Positions 1-9,474 of a stretch of 64,000 nucleotides of DNA are shown here, one piece after another. This DNA comes from a virus (Duplodnaviria; Caudoviricetes), in the IMG/VR virus record IMGVR_UViG_3300050123_000043, positions 1 to 64,000 of that record; one strand, given 5' to 3'. The notes beneath the pieces are model-generated. The model did no database searches. It was given only the letters and a program-made list of their open reading frames with translations, and was not told the origin of the DNA. How positions within the stretch are numbered: position 1 is the stretch's first letter; every line of letters begins with the position of its first letter. Position numbers and translations under genes: made by a program.

Positions 1-207
1 CATCCCCGGAAACCCGTGCATCCCCGTAAACCCATGCATCCCCGGAAACCCGTGCATTCCCGTAAACCCGTGCATTCCCGGAAACCCATGCATCCCCGGA
101 AACCCGTGCATCCCCGGAAACCCATGCATCCCCGTAAACCTGTGCATTCCCGGAAACCCGTGCATCCCCGGAAACCCGTGCATCCCCGGAAACCCATGCA
201 TCCCCGA
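1..207. repeat. 18-bp tandem repeat (CATYCCCGKAAACCYRTG, ~11 copies) encoding A(W/R/Q)V(S/Y)G(D/N) on the minus strand
   Basis: Directly visible period-18 repeat. Confidence 0.95.
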
Positions 208-346
208 AAACATTATCCTCTTTCTCTATAAAGCCGCCTTTCTCCCCTTTTTTACCCCATTTACAATCAATGGTTAATTCAATTCTGTATAAAGTTTTAC
301 CAAATAAATCAATAATTGTTTCTTTGGTTAATTTAAAATGTTTCAT
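1..346 (-). CDS. Hexapeptide-repeat (left-handed beta-helix-like) phage protein, runs off the window edge
   Basis: Not in the ORF track. Manual translation from ATG at 346: [61 protein letters not shown]..., the common phage LYRI...GG(F/W)IEKE + A(W/R)V(S/Y)G(D/N) repeat family. Confidence 0.85.
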   Translation of the reverse strand, partial: MKHFKLTKETIIDLFGKTLYRIELTIDCKWGKKGEKGGFIEKEDNVFGDAWVSGDARVSGDARVSGNAQVYGDAWVSGDARVSGDAWVSGNARVYGNARVSGDAWVYGDARVSGD

Positions 347-462
347 TGTTGTTTTAATTTAAAATAATGCGTAACCTATCAAAGCAATAGCTTCTAATAA
401 TAAAAATAATCCAATTGTAAGGAATGGATGCCTCTGCCAAAAACTGTATGGATTCCTCATAA

Positions 463-1371
463 TCAATTATTTATGTATACTTGAATGTATTGAAAGTAAT
501 TAATAGTTCCATCCTTATCAACTTCTTTGAGCCTAAAGATACCACTTTTTGCGTTAATGTCAAGGGGTATCTTTTGTTCGGTCTTGGTACATGATATAGT
601 TCCCAGAGTAAAGATGAGCATTGTAGCCATTGACATGAATACTTTTCTATTCTTTCCCAAGGATAGCAGTAACCCGATAATGAACATAATCACCAACCCC
701 GAAGCGATACCGGCCTGTAGTGACCCGTTAACGTTCCCAGTGGCATAGTAGACCGTTGAGGTATATGTTCTCTGTATCTGTGTATCTCCATAAGAATCAT
801 AATGGGCAACCATCCTTTCACTATTATCAGGCATAAGCTGCAACACTTCATAGTAGCTTACATTCTGCTCCATGCTTAGGGTCCAATCAAACTCAATCTT
901 ATTTAGTGCCTGATATGTTCCAGTAAAACTTAATAGATTGATTGGGAGGGCAAGACATTGATCAATAATACCATGTTGATTATAATGATATAGTCCGCTT
1001 GCCCATACCGTATTACCATACGAATCGTTTTCCGTACCGTATAGATTAGTTATGTAAGAGGGGACATTAATTTTAAATTCTGCGTCTCCAATTGCACCAA
1101 CTGAATCATTTAATCCATATGAAGTTTTCTTACTAAGGTTAATTGTAAGACTCCAAACAACAGGATTAGTATGAGTTATACTCTGACTCCCATCCTTTGT
1201 AGCATAGATATAGGCACTATAACCTTTACCTACTGACCAATCATCCATTTCCATTGTCATTGTATGATTTGCTGAACAGTATGCAAAAGGAACAATGTAA
1301 TGGGCTTCTGCTTCTGAGCCGATTAGAGTAGTCAATATAATTAGAATGACCCCCAAGATTAATTTTTTCAT
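463..1371 (-). CDS. Exported/membrane protein with a Bacteroidota-type Ig-like module interrupted by two hydrophobic segments
   Basis: N-terminal signal peptide; LPINLLSFTG...WTLSMEQN and FRLKEVDKDG motifs; TM-like segments lie between them. Confidence 0.6.
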   Translation of the reverse strand: MKKLILGVILIILTTLIGSEAEAHYIVPFAYCSANHTMTMEMDDWSVGKGYSAYIYATKDGSQSITHTNPVVWSLTINLSKKTSYGLNDSVGAIGDAEFKINVPSYITNLYGTENDSYGNTVWASGLYHYNQHGIIDQCLALPINLLSFTGTYQALNKIEFDWTLSMEQNVSYYEVLQLMPDNSERMVAHYDSYGDTQIQRTYTSTVYYATGNVNGSLQAGIASGLVIMFIIGLLLSLGKNRKVFMSMATMLIFTLGTISCTKTEQKIPLDINAKSGIFRLKEVDKDGTINYFQYIQVYINN

Positions 1372-1390
1372 TTGTGTTTTTTAAAGTGAA

Positions 1391-1570
1391 TTAATAACCG
1401 ATAAAGTGAAAGTTTTCTGGACAGCCCATATTCCGGACTTTCATATAGTCGTGTCCCTTTTCTTCGAACTTAACGTTAGGATCATGCTTTATAACTACAC
1501 ATGATGATAATGAGAATGATACTGAAAAGAGAAGTACCAATACCCACGCTGTAATAATTACCTTTTTCAT
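1391..1570 (-). CDS. Small lipoprotein (59 aa)
   Basis: Manual translation MKKVIITAWVLVLLFSVSFSLSSC...; lipobox LSSC; below the ORF-track size cutoff. Confidence 0.65.
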   Translation of the reverse strand: MKKVIITAWVLVLLFSVSFSLSSCVVIKHDPNVKFEEKGHDYMKVRNMGCPENFHFIGY

Positions 1571-1587
1571 TTTTGTTTGTTTTATGT

Positions 1588-1899
1588 TTAAAAGTTTTTA
1601 CTGTTTGTGTCCCCTGGCTTTGCTGCAAGTACCTTGTTGAAATTGAAAATATTGGTTGAATAAATATCGTCCTTCTGTTGCCACTTAACATCCTTACCAT
1701 CCCTAGATACAAAGGAAAGATCATACCCTAACACATTAATAACCGAAATAAGAACATCAACGCTATAGTTCTTACGATCCTTCTCCATCTCTAATATCCT
1801 ACGATAGCCAACGCCAGCCTTGTCAGCTAGATCGTATTGACTTAGTTTTTGCTCAATTCGTTTTTCTCGAATGAAGGAGCCGATATTAGTTTTGTTCAT
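1588..1899 (-). CDS. XRE/Cro-family HTH transcriptional regulator
   Basis: IREKRIEQKLSQYDLADKAGVGYRRILEMEK HTH pattern. Confidence 0.85.
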   Translation of the reverse strand: MNKTNIGSFIREKRIEQKLSQYDLADKAGVGYRRILEMEKDRKNYSVDVLISVINVLGYDLSFVSRDGKDVKWQQKDDIYSTNIFNFNKVLAAKPGDTNSKNF

Positions 1900-2129
1900 A
1901 AAAACGTATTAGCGTATTTAATTTGATCTTTACGATTTGCAATCTGAGCATAGATCGTATTCTTTTCAAGCGGTGACTTGCCTTGTAACTGCTCGTTAAG
2001 TTCTACTATAGTTTCCTCCAAATCTGAAATGAGAGAATGAGCCTTTTTCTTATTTAATATAACATTGTGTTTAATGAAATAAAGAAAATGTTTCTCTTCT
2101 TCTTCACTTAAAAATTCTGCTTCAATCAT
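1896..2129 (-). CDS. Hypothetical protein
   Basis: ORF in packed minus-strand run; start trimmed to MIEAEF to avoid overlap. Confidence 0.55.
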   Translation of the reverse strand: MIEAEFLSEEEEKHFLYFIKHNVILNKKKAHSLISDLEETIVELNEQLQGKSPLEKNTIYAQIANRKDQIKYANTFL

Positions 2130-2139
2130 AAAACTGATT

Positions 2140-2352
2140 TTATTTACCATTAACAAATCCTGTCCTTTGCCATTGACTTGTAAGATCAACTTTAACGAAC
2201 TTGTCATTGATCATGAAACCCTTTAGAACTTTAGTTTCACCTCTCTTTAATTTAATTGCTTCGGCTGCTTCCTGTCCGATTGCTTCTACTGAATAAGTGT
2301 CAGGCTGTGTACCATTGTGATGATTGACCTGGAAAACTGTTTTAACTTCCAT
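2140..2352 (-). CDS. Hypothetical protein
   Basis: ORF in packed run; probable start MEVKTV. Confidence 0.55.
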   Translation of the reverse strand: MEVKTVFQVNHHNGTQPDTYSVEAIGQEAAEAIKLKRGETKVLKGFMINDKFVKVDLTSQWQRTGFVNGK

Positions 2353-2386
2353 GATTGTATGTTTATAAATACATGCATCCCGCATG

Positions 2387-2662
2387 TTAGGCTAAATCAA
2401 ATTGTTTTATGTCTTCTAATAATTCACTGAGATCCATTGGTTCTTGTATTTCTACAAATCTACCAATATAATATGCCCACTCTTTACCACATGCAGCAAG
2501 ATCATTTATTATTTCTTCCAATAATACACACTGTCTATTTCCTCTTTTATGATTAGTTCCGTATCTAATACTTCTTATTGTATATATTGCGGATTTATCA
2601 AGGGGTTTGGTGTTAGGTAAATCTGTATTATCAATACATTTAACCAGTGATCCTACTTTCAT
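2387..2662 (-). CDS. Hypothetical phage protein
   Basis: MKVGSLVKCID N-terminus typical of small SH3-like phage proteins. Confidence 0.6.
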   Translation of the reverse strand: MKVGSLVKCIDNTDLPNTKPLDKSAIYTIRSIRYGTNHKRGNRQCVLLEEIINDLAACGKEWAYYIGRFVEIQEPMDLSELLEDIKQFDLA

Positions 2663-2664
2663 TT

Positions 2665-2862
2665 TTAAGGTTTTAATTTCATTCCTAATAAATATTCTCC
2701 TATCAGTTTCTCATAGTTTCTAATGAAACATGAACCATCTTCAACATAATAAATTCCTTCCGCTGCTATAACGTTGAAGATAGTGTCAGGGAATTCTCTT
2801 GATTGCTTTGTTGCGTCAGCAATTGCAGCCTTCTTTGTTGTGTGTTTTGCCTGATAACTCAT
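2665..2862 (-). CDS. Hypothetical protein
   Basis: ORF in packed run. Confidence 0.55.
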   Translation of the reverse strand: MSYQAKHTTKKAAIADATKQSREFPDTIFNVIAAEGIYYVEDGSCFIRNYEKLIGEYLLGMKLKP

Positions 2863-3002
2863 TTTGTTGGGGTTTTAAAGATTCTGTAAAATATATACAA
2901 TCCTAATCCTATAAAGGCAATACCCAACCAAGTTAACCGTTGTAAGGTATATACTCCTATCATTATAGAAGCCATAGCGGAAAGTAATGTGAATTTTTCC
3001 AT
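2859..3002 (-). CDS. Small two-TM membrane protein
   Basis: MEKFTLL... with two hydrophobic stretches. Confidence 0.55.
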   Translation of the reverse strand: MEKFTLLSAMASIMIGVYTLQRLTWLGIAFIGLGLYIFYRIFKTPTK

Positions 3003-3010
3003 TGTAGTGG

Positions 3011-3397
3011 TTAATAGGGGTAAAGATAAACAATAGTAATGTCTCTTTTCTTTGCACAATCGTAGATGGCTATCTGTTCATTTTCGAACCCTCTGCTATA
3101 TGCTTCATCAAACTCTTTAACGTTACGTACAACGTCTATGTATAATTCGTTATCATGTTTCCAACAACCCACAAAAGTATTTTCGCTGTCAATCAATACA
3201 TCAAATGTGTTCCTATCGAATAGGAATACCCTAACGTAATTTTTAAATTCTTCGAATGTTGCAGGGATAGGAAACTTTTGTTCGTGTCCTTTAGTGGCAA
3301 CCATATAGCCGGTTGTTGGGTTAAGTTCTCCAGTATTAACGTTGTAAGACGCACCACCGGAATTCTTAAGACTTTCCCACATGTGTTTAAAATTCAT
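3011..3397 (-). CDS. Conserved hypothetical phage protein
   Basis: GG-S..GYMVA..GxW..LYIDV..QIAIYD pattern recurrent in phage early genes. Confidence 0.65.
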   Translation of the reverse strand: MNFKHMWESLKNSGGASYNVNTGELNPTTGYMVATKGHEQKFPIPATFEEFKNYVRVFLFDRNTFDVLIDSENTFVGCWKHDNELYIDVVRNVKEFDEAYSRGFENEQIAIYDCAKKRDITIVYLYPY

Positions 3398-3404
3398 TGT
3401 AGTA

Positions 3405-3680
3405 TTATTTATTGATGTCCGAAAATATTGTTAATGCGTCCACTAAACTAAGTTCATCCAGTACATAGGAATTGTTACGGCCTAATAGGTGTACTCTGAA
3501 TGCGTCTACACCTGTTACCTTCCTTCCGTTGGTGTCCTCCCATATCTTATAAGAAAACATAACCTTGCCTTTTAATTCTCTTTTAATTGAATGTACAATG
3601 TTTTGCCTTAATTCTTCCTTGTCCGAAAATGGATCATTGTATTCTAAAAATGCTTGTTCGGGGGACATTTGCTTTAACAT
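3405..3680 (-). CDS. Hypothetical protein
   Basis: ORF in packed run. Confidence 0.55.
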   Translation of the reverse strand: MLKQMSPEQAFLEYNDPFSDKEELRQNIVHSIKRELKGKVMFSYKIWEDTNGRKVTGVDAFRVHLLGRNNSYVLDELSLVDALTIFSDINK

Positions 3681-3683
3681 AGC

Positions 3684-3860
3684 TTAATTTATTGTTCTTA
3701 AAATTTTAATTGCTTCTGCTACTTTTTTCTCAACCTCCCATAATTTCTCTTGGTTTATTCGGCCTAATATTATTAGCTTATGGTTCATTGTTTGACTGTT
3801 ATGCAGATTTTCCAATACTTTAGAAAGATGATTTGCATTGCTTTTGAATAATGATGGCAT
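3684..3860 (-). CDS. Hypothetical protein
   Basis: Start trimmed to MPSLFK to avoid overlap. Confidence 0.45.
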   Translation of the reverse strand: MPSLFKSNANHLSKVLENLHNSQTMNHKLIILGRINQEKLWEVEKKVAEAIKILRTIN

Positions 3861-3870
3861 ACAATAAAAT

Positions 3871-4158
3871 TTAAAATGTGAAATGCAATGGCTTTTCAAG
3901 TCCCACCCTATTGGCAGTAGTGTTAAGAAACTTGTTTGCCTTCTTACCATATTCAAGTTGTCTGTCTTCCTTGTTACGTATCTTCAATGTAAGTAGCAAA
4001 TCTTTCTCTTCCTTAGTCTTCTTAAAGGTATTGAAATCAATATCGTAAAAGACTCCAGGTGCGGCCATGTAGCCATTCTGAATGGCTGGAACTACTTTAA
4101 AGACTCCGTTAATGAATCCGCTTTGCTCAATTTTTGTGTTCGTTCTAATTGCTTGCAT
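3871..4158 (-). CDS. Hypothetical protein
   Basis: Probable start MQAIRT. Confidence 0.55.
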   Translation of the reverse strand: MQAIRTNTKIEQSGFINGVFKVVPAIQNGYMAAPGVFYDIDFNTFKKTKEEKDLLLTLKIRNKEDRQLEYGKKANKFLNTTANRVGLEKPLHFTF

Positions 4159-4168
4159 GTTTTTTATT

Positions 4169-4426
4169 TTAATAATCAATTAATAAATTTCCATCTTTAG
4201 ATATATAACCATTCTCAATTAAATTGGTTGCAGTCCTGCCATAAAATCCCTGCAATGACCAACATAGACCCGTTTTAATTAGATATGCCCATGCCTCTAA
4301 TTGTTCCCTAGTTGTTGCTCCTTCGCCTTCATTGAAACCTTCTGCATAAGCAGAAGCAAGATAAGGAGTGAATTGAATTTGTGTTTTGATATTCTCAGGA
4401 ATGCCGTTTTCTGCTATAATTTCCAT
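4169..4426 (-). CDS. Conserved hypothetical phage protein
   Basis: AWxxLIxTGxxWxLQGxYGRTA motif recurrent in phage proteins. Confidence 0.65.
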   Translation of the reverse strand: MEIIAENGIPENIKTQIQFTPYLASAYAEGFNEGEGATTREQLEAWAYLIKTGLCWSLQGFYGRTATNLIENGYISKDGNLLIDY

Positions 4427-4436
4427 AAAATTTAAT

Positions 4437-4772
4437 TTAGAATGTAAAAGGTAATTGTGTATCGGGCTGGTAATTTCTTTTAGTGCGTGGTTCCTTTACC
4501 TTTATAGGAATGTTTAAGATTCGTATTGCCTCCCTAATATCCCTATAATCGGGTAAGGTTTGATCTTTGGAGGTTTCAGAAATTACTATTTCATTCTCAT
4601 TAGAGACGGTGAATGTAGTAATTATTTTGGATTGAAACGTATGCCCATGCCGTCCCTCTGTTCGTCCCCTCCATGTAAAAGAGCCATCCTCATTTTTGTA
4701 AAGCTTACCAATTCTGTCATGTCCTCCATATCCCCAACCTCTCATCCAGTCAGAGCAAAATATTTGTTTCAT
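4437..4772 (-). CDS. Hypothetical protein
   Basis: ORF in packed run. Confidence 0.55.
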   Translation of the reverse strand: MKQIFCSDWMRGWGYGGHDRIGKLYKNEDGSFTWRGRTEGRHGHTFQSKIITTFTVSNENEIVISETSKDQTLPDYRDIREAIRILNIPIKVKEPRTKRNYQPDTQLPFTF

Positions 4773-4773
4773 G

Positions 4774-5490
4774 TTAAAAAGGATTTTCGTTTGTAAAAGG
4801 TTTCCATTCTGTTGTTGTATCGTGTTTCCTTAAATCTCTTATCCTACGATATGTGACCCAAGTGATTGCTTGTAATTGGTGCGGTAATATGTCTAACTGT
4901 TTTGCAGCCTGTATAAAGCAGCGTTGAAAGAAGTCATATTGCGCCCTAGTTAAGTCTCCATACTTTTCATTCAAAGCATAAACGTTATCAGGGTTCTGTA
5001 TACAACATGCTATAGCATGTCTGTCTATTGTTACGTCCGTAATTATATCAGGATTAATCATATTAAGGAAAAACCCCTTAGTTTTAAATCCTGCATTCGC
5101 AATTGAAAGGGCATTATAAATATCCGGTTCCGCACTCAAGTTAAGAATTCTCTTAGCTTTGTTCGTTTGAACTAGGGATTTAATACGTCTGGTTGGATTA
5201 TAAAGGAATGACAAGGCAAAGCGTTTATTTTCGACCCAACCGGTTTGGGGGCTGAAAGCTGCAATGATCCCAGCAGCCTGTTGCAAGCTTATTCCGAACC
5301 TTGATGCAAGTTCCCTGCAATACTTGTTGGCTTCATTATACCACGTTAAACCGTCCTTTAATTCGCTAAGGGAGGCAAGGGAATAAAACCGTAGTATTGA
5401 GTTAATGCACTTGCGTTCAGTCAGCAATTGATTTTTAAACCTTTGATTTTTCATTGAATATTTGTTTTGCCCATTGGTTGAAGTCTCCAT
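4774..5490 (-). CDS. Phage protein of a putative alpha-helical DNA-glycosylase-like family
   Basis: WYxxA..AGIIAAFSPQTGWxxN, KTxxF, VTIDRHA and LQAITW motifs; start METSTN. Confidence 0.5.
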   Translation of the reverse strand: METSTNGQNKYSMKNQRFKNQLLTERKCINSILRFYSLASLSELKDGLTWYNEANKYCRELASRFGISLQQAAGIIAAFSPQTGWVENKRFALSFLYNPTRRIKSLVQTNKAKRILNLSAEPDIYNALSIANAGFKTKGFFLNMINPDIITDVTIDRHAIACCIQNPDNVYALNEKYGDLTRAQYDFFQRCFIQAAKQLDILPHQLQAITWVTYRRIRDLRKHDTTTEWKPFTNENPF

Positions 5491-5612
5491 AATCGTCTGG
5501 TACTTCAATATGGTGGATTGTTTTGTTTGGCTTAATACCCTTTGGTTGCAGATAGGGATCATAACCAAACAATCTAATTAGGATTAACCGAATAGTTTTC
5601 TTTACCATAAAA

Positions 5613-5882
5613 TTATTTTAGGGGATTAAATGTAGTTGAAATAAATATCCATTCTGTTTTCCCTTCGCCCTTGCCTATAATTTCAAAGCCTTTTTTCTGC
5701 AACCACATCTTTGCATTTTCCCATACGGAGTAATCCCAATCATGATTTATAGTTATAGATTCACGAAATCGGAATGAAGATATTTTAATCCTTTCCCCAC
5801 GCGAATTAGATTCAGGAATATATTTTGCTGTGATAAGATGGAAATTAGGAAGGGAGAGGGCCTTCATATCTTTTAAATTCAT
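5613..5882 (-). CDS. Hypothetical phage protein
   Basis: ITAKYIPESNSRGERIKI motif. Confidence 0.6.
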   Translation of the reverse strand: MNLKDMKALSLPNFHLITAKYIPESNSRGERIKISSFRFRESITINHDWDYSVWENAKMWLQKKGFEIIGKGEGKTEWIFISTTFNPLK

Positions 5883-6040
5883 GATTTTTTATTTAATTGA
5901 ATGATGTGAAATATAATGAAGGCAATGATGTTTACCATATTGAGGTAAAGGAAAGAAAAAAGTGCAAGTGAAGTAAGCTATTAAGAAACCCATTACAGCC
6001 CCTATCAATATAACAGAGACATGTAGTAATATTCTTTTAA

Positions 6041-6277
6041 TCATTTCAATTTTGTTTTAAGTGAATCTAATTCCAGCCTTGTAAGATAATCTAATCCTAC
6101 TGTATCTTTGTCTTGAACAAAAATAACAGAGGTATACCCTCTATTATCTGTGATTTGTTTTATTATCTTGTTTGGGTTAATGTTTGTTTTTATACCAGTT
6201 AAGATCAACATTAGTGAAATAATTGGTGTAAGCAAAGCAAAAAGTAAGATTGATTCGTCTCTGTAAGTTTGTTTCAT
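6041..6277 (-). CDS. Small membrane-anchored protein
   Basis: N-terminal hydrophobic segment. Confidence 0.5.
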   Translation of the reverse strand: MKQTYRDESILLFALLTPIISLMLILTGIKTNINPNKIIKQITDNRGYTSVIFVQDKDTVGLDYLTRLELDSLKTKLK

Positions 6278-6295
6278 GGTAATGGGTTTTGGTTA

Positions 6296-6526
6296 TTAAA
6301 TAAGTTCGTACCGTTCATCATTTGGAATAATATGTTCTTCAACAAAAAAGATAAGATCAGCAATGGAAATAACTTTGGAATCATCATCTAAGTTATTATC
6401 TATAATATATTCCTTATAAAGTTCTGCATACATTTCAATTCTTTTCAGGGAAATGTTTTCCTTTTTTTTACTACTGCATGAATAAAAGGCAATTGGTGTA
6501 ATTACTTGTTTGATATAACTTTCCAT
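6296..6526 (-). CDS. Hypothetical protein
   Basis: ORF with A-rich upstream region. Confidence 0.5.
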   Translation of the reverse strand: MESYIKQVITPIAFYSCSSKKKENISLKRIEMYAELYKEYIIDNNLDDDSKVISIADLIFFVEEHIIPNDERYELI

Positions 6527-6548
6527 AAAATATTATTTAAGTGATTGA

Positions 6549-6586
6549 ATAAAAAAGAAAGGGAGAAATGTAGAAACATTCCCCCC
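6549..6586 (-). terminator. Intrinsic terminator
   Basis: Minus strand GGGGGGAATG-TTTCTA-CATTTCTCCC followed by TTTCTTTTTT. Confidence 0.75.
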
Positions 6587-7351
6587 TGTGTGTTAAAGAA
6601 ACCCATTGAAAACTAAAAGAATGACCGTCCGTAATAAGATAAAGCAAAGGTACTTGTTATTGGTGAAGTAGTGGCAATCTTCATCGTTGACACTTAGGAT
6701 TGTTATCTTTTCACTCTGTATACCTAAAGGTAGGTTTACCTTTGCTTTAAAGGTCTGGAAGGTATCAATTGAGACACAATAGCTAGTTCGAACTAATAAT
6801 TCTGAATTACTCCCAGACACACTATTCCCGAAGGAATAGATTTAAAGATCTTTAATTTTTCACGCCCTTTTAAACTTCGGAATAACATAATATTCGTACT
6901 AGGTCAGCGATTAGTTAACGCTTACTACTTTCCTGCAACCTGTAAAAACTCTATGTCGTTTTCACTATCTAATTGCCCGGATTTTATTCGCGTTCAAACA
7001 TTACCCGAATGCATCCTATGCATTCATAAGGGGTGAAAGGGAAATAAAATCTTTGGTTCGTCCCTTCCTTCGCTCCGCTACCGATAAACCAGCCTATTCG
7101 GTGGAATTATTTTCAGGTAACTCAATACGGGTAAAAATGACCCGCTCGCATACGCTTACTTTCAGTTTCAGCATTTCAACCGTTCCGTTTCGTTCTAAAA
7201 ATCCAGCTTGCACCCTGGTAACTACTTAACCATATACTCAATTACTGACTTAACAAGGTCAGATGAGAACATGGCCGGAATAATGATAAGAATTTAGCGA
7301 ACACACGATTCCCAGGATGGGAAGTGGGCATGTATACCCTCAACTCATTCG
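6550..7351 (-). ncRNA. Candidate large structured ncRNA (~800 nt)
   Basis: Bounded by a promoter and a terminator; no credible ORF; many stems, with UUCG/GNRA loops in minus orientation. Confidence 0.55.
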
Positions 7352-7357
7352 CATATA

Positions 7358-7389
7358 CAATATTACAACTATGCGCTGAAACGTACAAG
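7358..7389 (-). promoter_or_regulatory. Bacteroidota-type sigma-A promoter for the ncRNA candidate
   Basis: Minus strand cTTG-N20-TAATATTG versus consensus TTTG-N19-21-TAnnTTTG. Confidence 0.55.
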
Positions 7390-8253
7390 AGTAAAAGTAC
7401 TCATTCTTAAATAATAACCAATATATAGTTATCCACAATATTTGGAAGTCTCAATATTATTTCGTATGCGCTAAAACGTACTATGCGAATATCTTTGTAT
7501 ATGTGACAGGATATTTGATTGATCCTATTAGCCCCCTTTGGGGGTTGGGGGCTGTAGACAACCAGAAGGAATAAATAATGAATTCCCCCTCCCCGCTTCA
7601 ATCCATTACCGACAACCTGTCATAATCTTATGCGCTAAAATGTATATGCGCTATAACGTACATAGTATGGAATGGTTCTTATTATGGGGGTTTGGGCCTT
7701 TTAATAGACAATATTCTCTAATAAGGACCGCATTCCCAGGACGGTCCTATCCTCCCAAAACAAACCACCACCCCCATCCCCAGACTCATTCCGGTATGTA
7801 CACTTTAACGCATATACATTATAAATCATATTGGTTATGTCAACTACTATGTATTACCATGTATGTTTTAGCGCATATTCCCAATCCCCCCCTTATTTTT
7901 AAAATTGGACAGAATCTAGGATTGGGAATTGAAAACAGAATTGGGAACGATGCCGGGGGTGGGAGGGCAGTCCCAAAGTTGGACGGCAGCCAAGTTGATG
8001 GTGGGTCTATCTGAGGACCCCCACACCCTATTTCCGTTTCAAATCGGTTCAAATCACGAAACTTTAACATTTCATTGGGGATTATATTGATTTAAAAAGC
8101 GTATCTTTGCCACCGGCCTTCCGTACTAAGGCCCTAACAGGCCGCACAAGGACGGTAAGATGGGGGATACTATATAAAAGACCCCCCCCCCTCCATATTG
8201 GACACTTTGTCCAATAACAATGTACGCTCTAGCGCATATGCGTTAAAACGTAC
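7370..8253. repeat. Eight dispersed copies of a 17-bp motif, TATGCGCTAAAACGTAC, in both orientations
   Basis: Starts at 7370, 7465, 7629, 7645, 8237 (+) and 7798, 7861, 8222 (-). Confidence 0.85.
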
Positions 8254-8390
8254 TTGGACATCGTGTCCAACATAATGTCCGAGTTATGCTTTGTAGCTGG
8301 ATAAGGACTTTAAAGACAACCGGGAGGGGGAAAATTAAATTTGGATATTAAAAAAACTCTTGTTACCTTTATTCCTAAAATCATAACAGT

Positions 8391-8879
8391 ATGAAAGGAT
8401 TGGGAAGATTATGGAAAATGAAAAAGGATACCTCTTATTCTGAGGAGTCCAAGAACTCCTTTCAGTTCCTTAAAAGACAAAAGATATACCGGGAGACCGG
8501 GGATCTTTACCTGGATAGGTTGATTATAATTCGTTGTTTTCTGGGATCAATTATGTTTCATAAGATCTATCTGACGGACAGCGATTGTATGCATGACCAT
8601 TCCTGGAGCTTCAGAACTATCATTTTAAAGGGAGGATATTTCGAGCAGATTCCCCGGTTCAAAAAAGGTTGTTCATTTTGGCATAATGAACATATTGAAA
8701 AATGGTATAAACCAGGCACAATCCTCTATCGTCCAGCAGGTTGGGTTCATAGATTAAGGATTACAAAGCCAGCTTGGACCTTGGTATTCACCGGTCCCAC
8801 CAAACGGGAGTGGGGATTCTGGACTCCGAAGGGATGGCTCAAGTCAAACAAATATAAAAATGTTGGGAATTGTCAATAA
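8391..8879 (+). CDS. Cupin-fold phage protein
   Basis: HDHSWSF..ILKGGYFE and HR cupin motifs. Confidence 0.7.
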   Translation: MKGLGRLWKMKKDTSYSEESKNSFQFLKRQKIYRETGDLYLDRLIIIRCFLGSIMFHKIYLTDSDCMHDHSWSFRTIILKGGYFEQIPRFKKGCSFWHNEHIEKWYKPGTILYRPAGWVHRLRITKPAWTLVFTGPTKREWGFWTPKGWLKSNKYKNVGNCQ

Positions 8880-8993
8880 TTAAATGTATATTCGCATTAT
8901 GCTCAATAAGAACCTTTTAAATTTTACCCTGGTTGTTTTCTCATATGGTGCTATCTTATTGACAGTCTTATACTTAAAAGATAAATCGAAGAA

Positions 8994-9197
8994 ATGAAAA
9001 AAATCCTGATTGATTTCACAACTGTTTTAAAAAAGAAAGATAGATTTACAGATCATGCCGGGGTTGAACATAAGATAAAAGAAGTAACGTATGCCCCCTC
9101 CAACGGGACGGTATATATAGAGACGACAGAAGGGAAGATGATTAACCTTACTAAAGCGTTGATTAACAAAGATATATTATGTCTACTCAAGAAATGA
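8994..9197 (+). CDS. Hypothetical protein
   Basis: ORF in plus-strand run. Confidence 0.5.
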   Translation: MKKILIDFTTVLKKKDRFTDHAGVEHKIKEVTYAPSNGTVYIETTEGKMINLTKALINKDILCLLKK

Positions 9198-9474
9198 TTC
9201 GTTGGATACCTTTAGAAGAATATAAAATAATGCAACAATCTGAAGAGGAATGGAAAAAGATAAATTATAGAATATTCATGAGTACTTTTTGGGGTATGGA
9301 AATACCTAAACCATTAATAAATAAAGAGTTATGATTAACACCCTTCTTTGTTTTTTAGGTATTCATAGATGGCATTCCGTTAGAAATGGACCTAAAATCC
9401 CTTTTTCAAGATGTAGATATATTTTTTGTACTCGTTGCGGAAAACAAAAATAACACACTGATAAATAAAGACTT

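Noticed and set aside
16-231. ORF-track MHPRKP repeat protein, or a CRISPR-like array
   Set aside because: Shadow of the minus-strand hexapeptide-repeat CDS starting at 346; the repeats have no spacers
1408-1443. Inverted repeat as a regulatory hairpin
   Set aside because: Lies inside the small lipoprotein CDS 1391-1570
6593-8070. ORFs 6593-6820, 7407-7601, 7538-8014 and 7840-8070
   Set aside because: Weak starts and atypical composition; they overlap the structured RNA candidate and the repeat region
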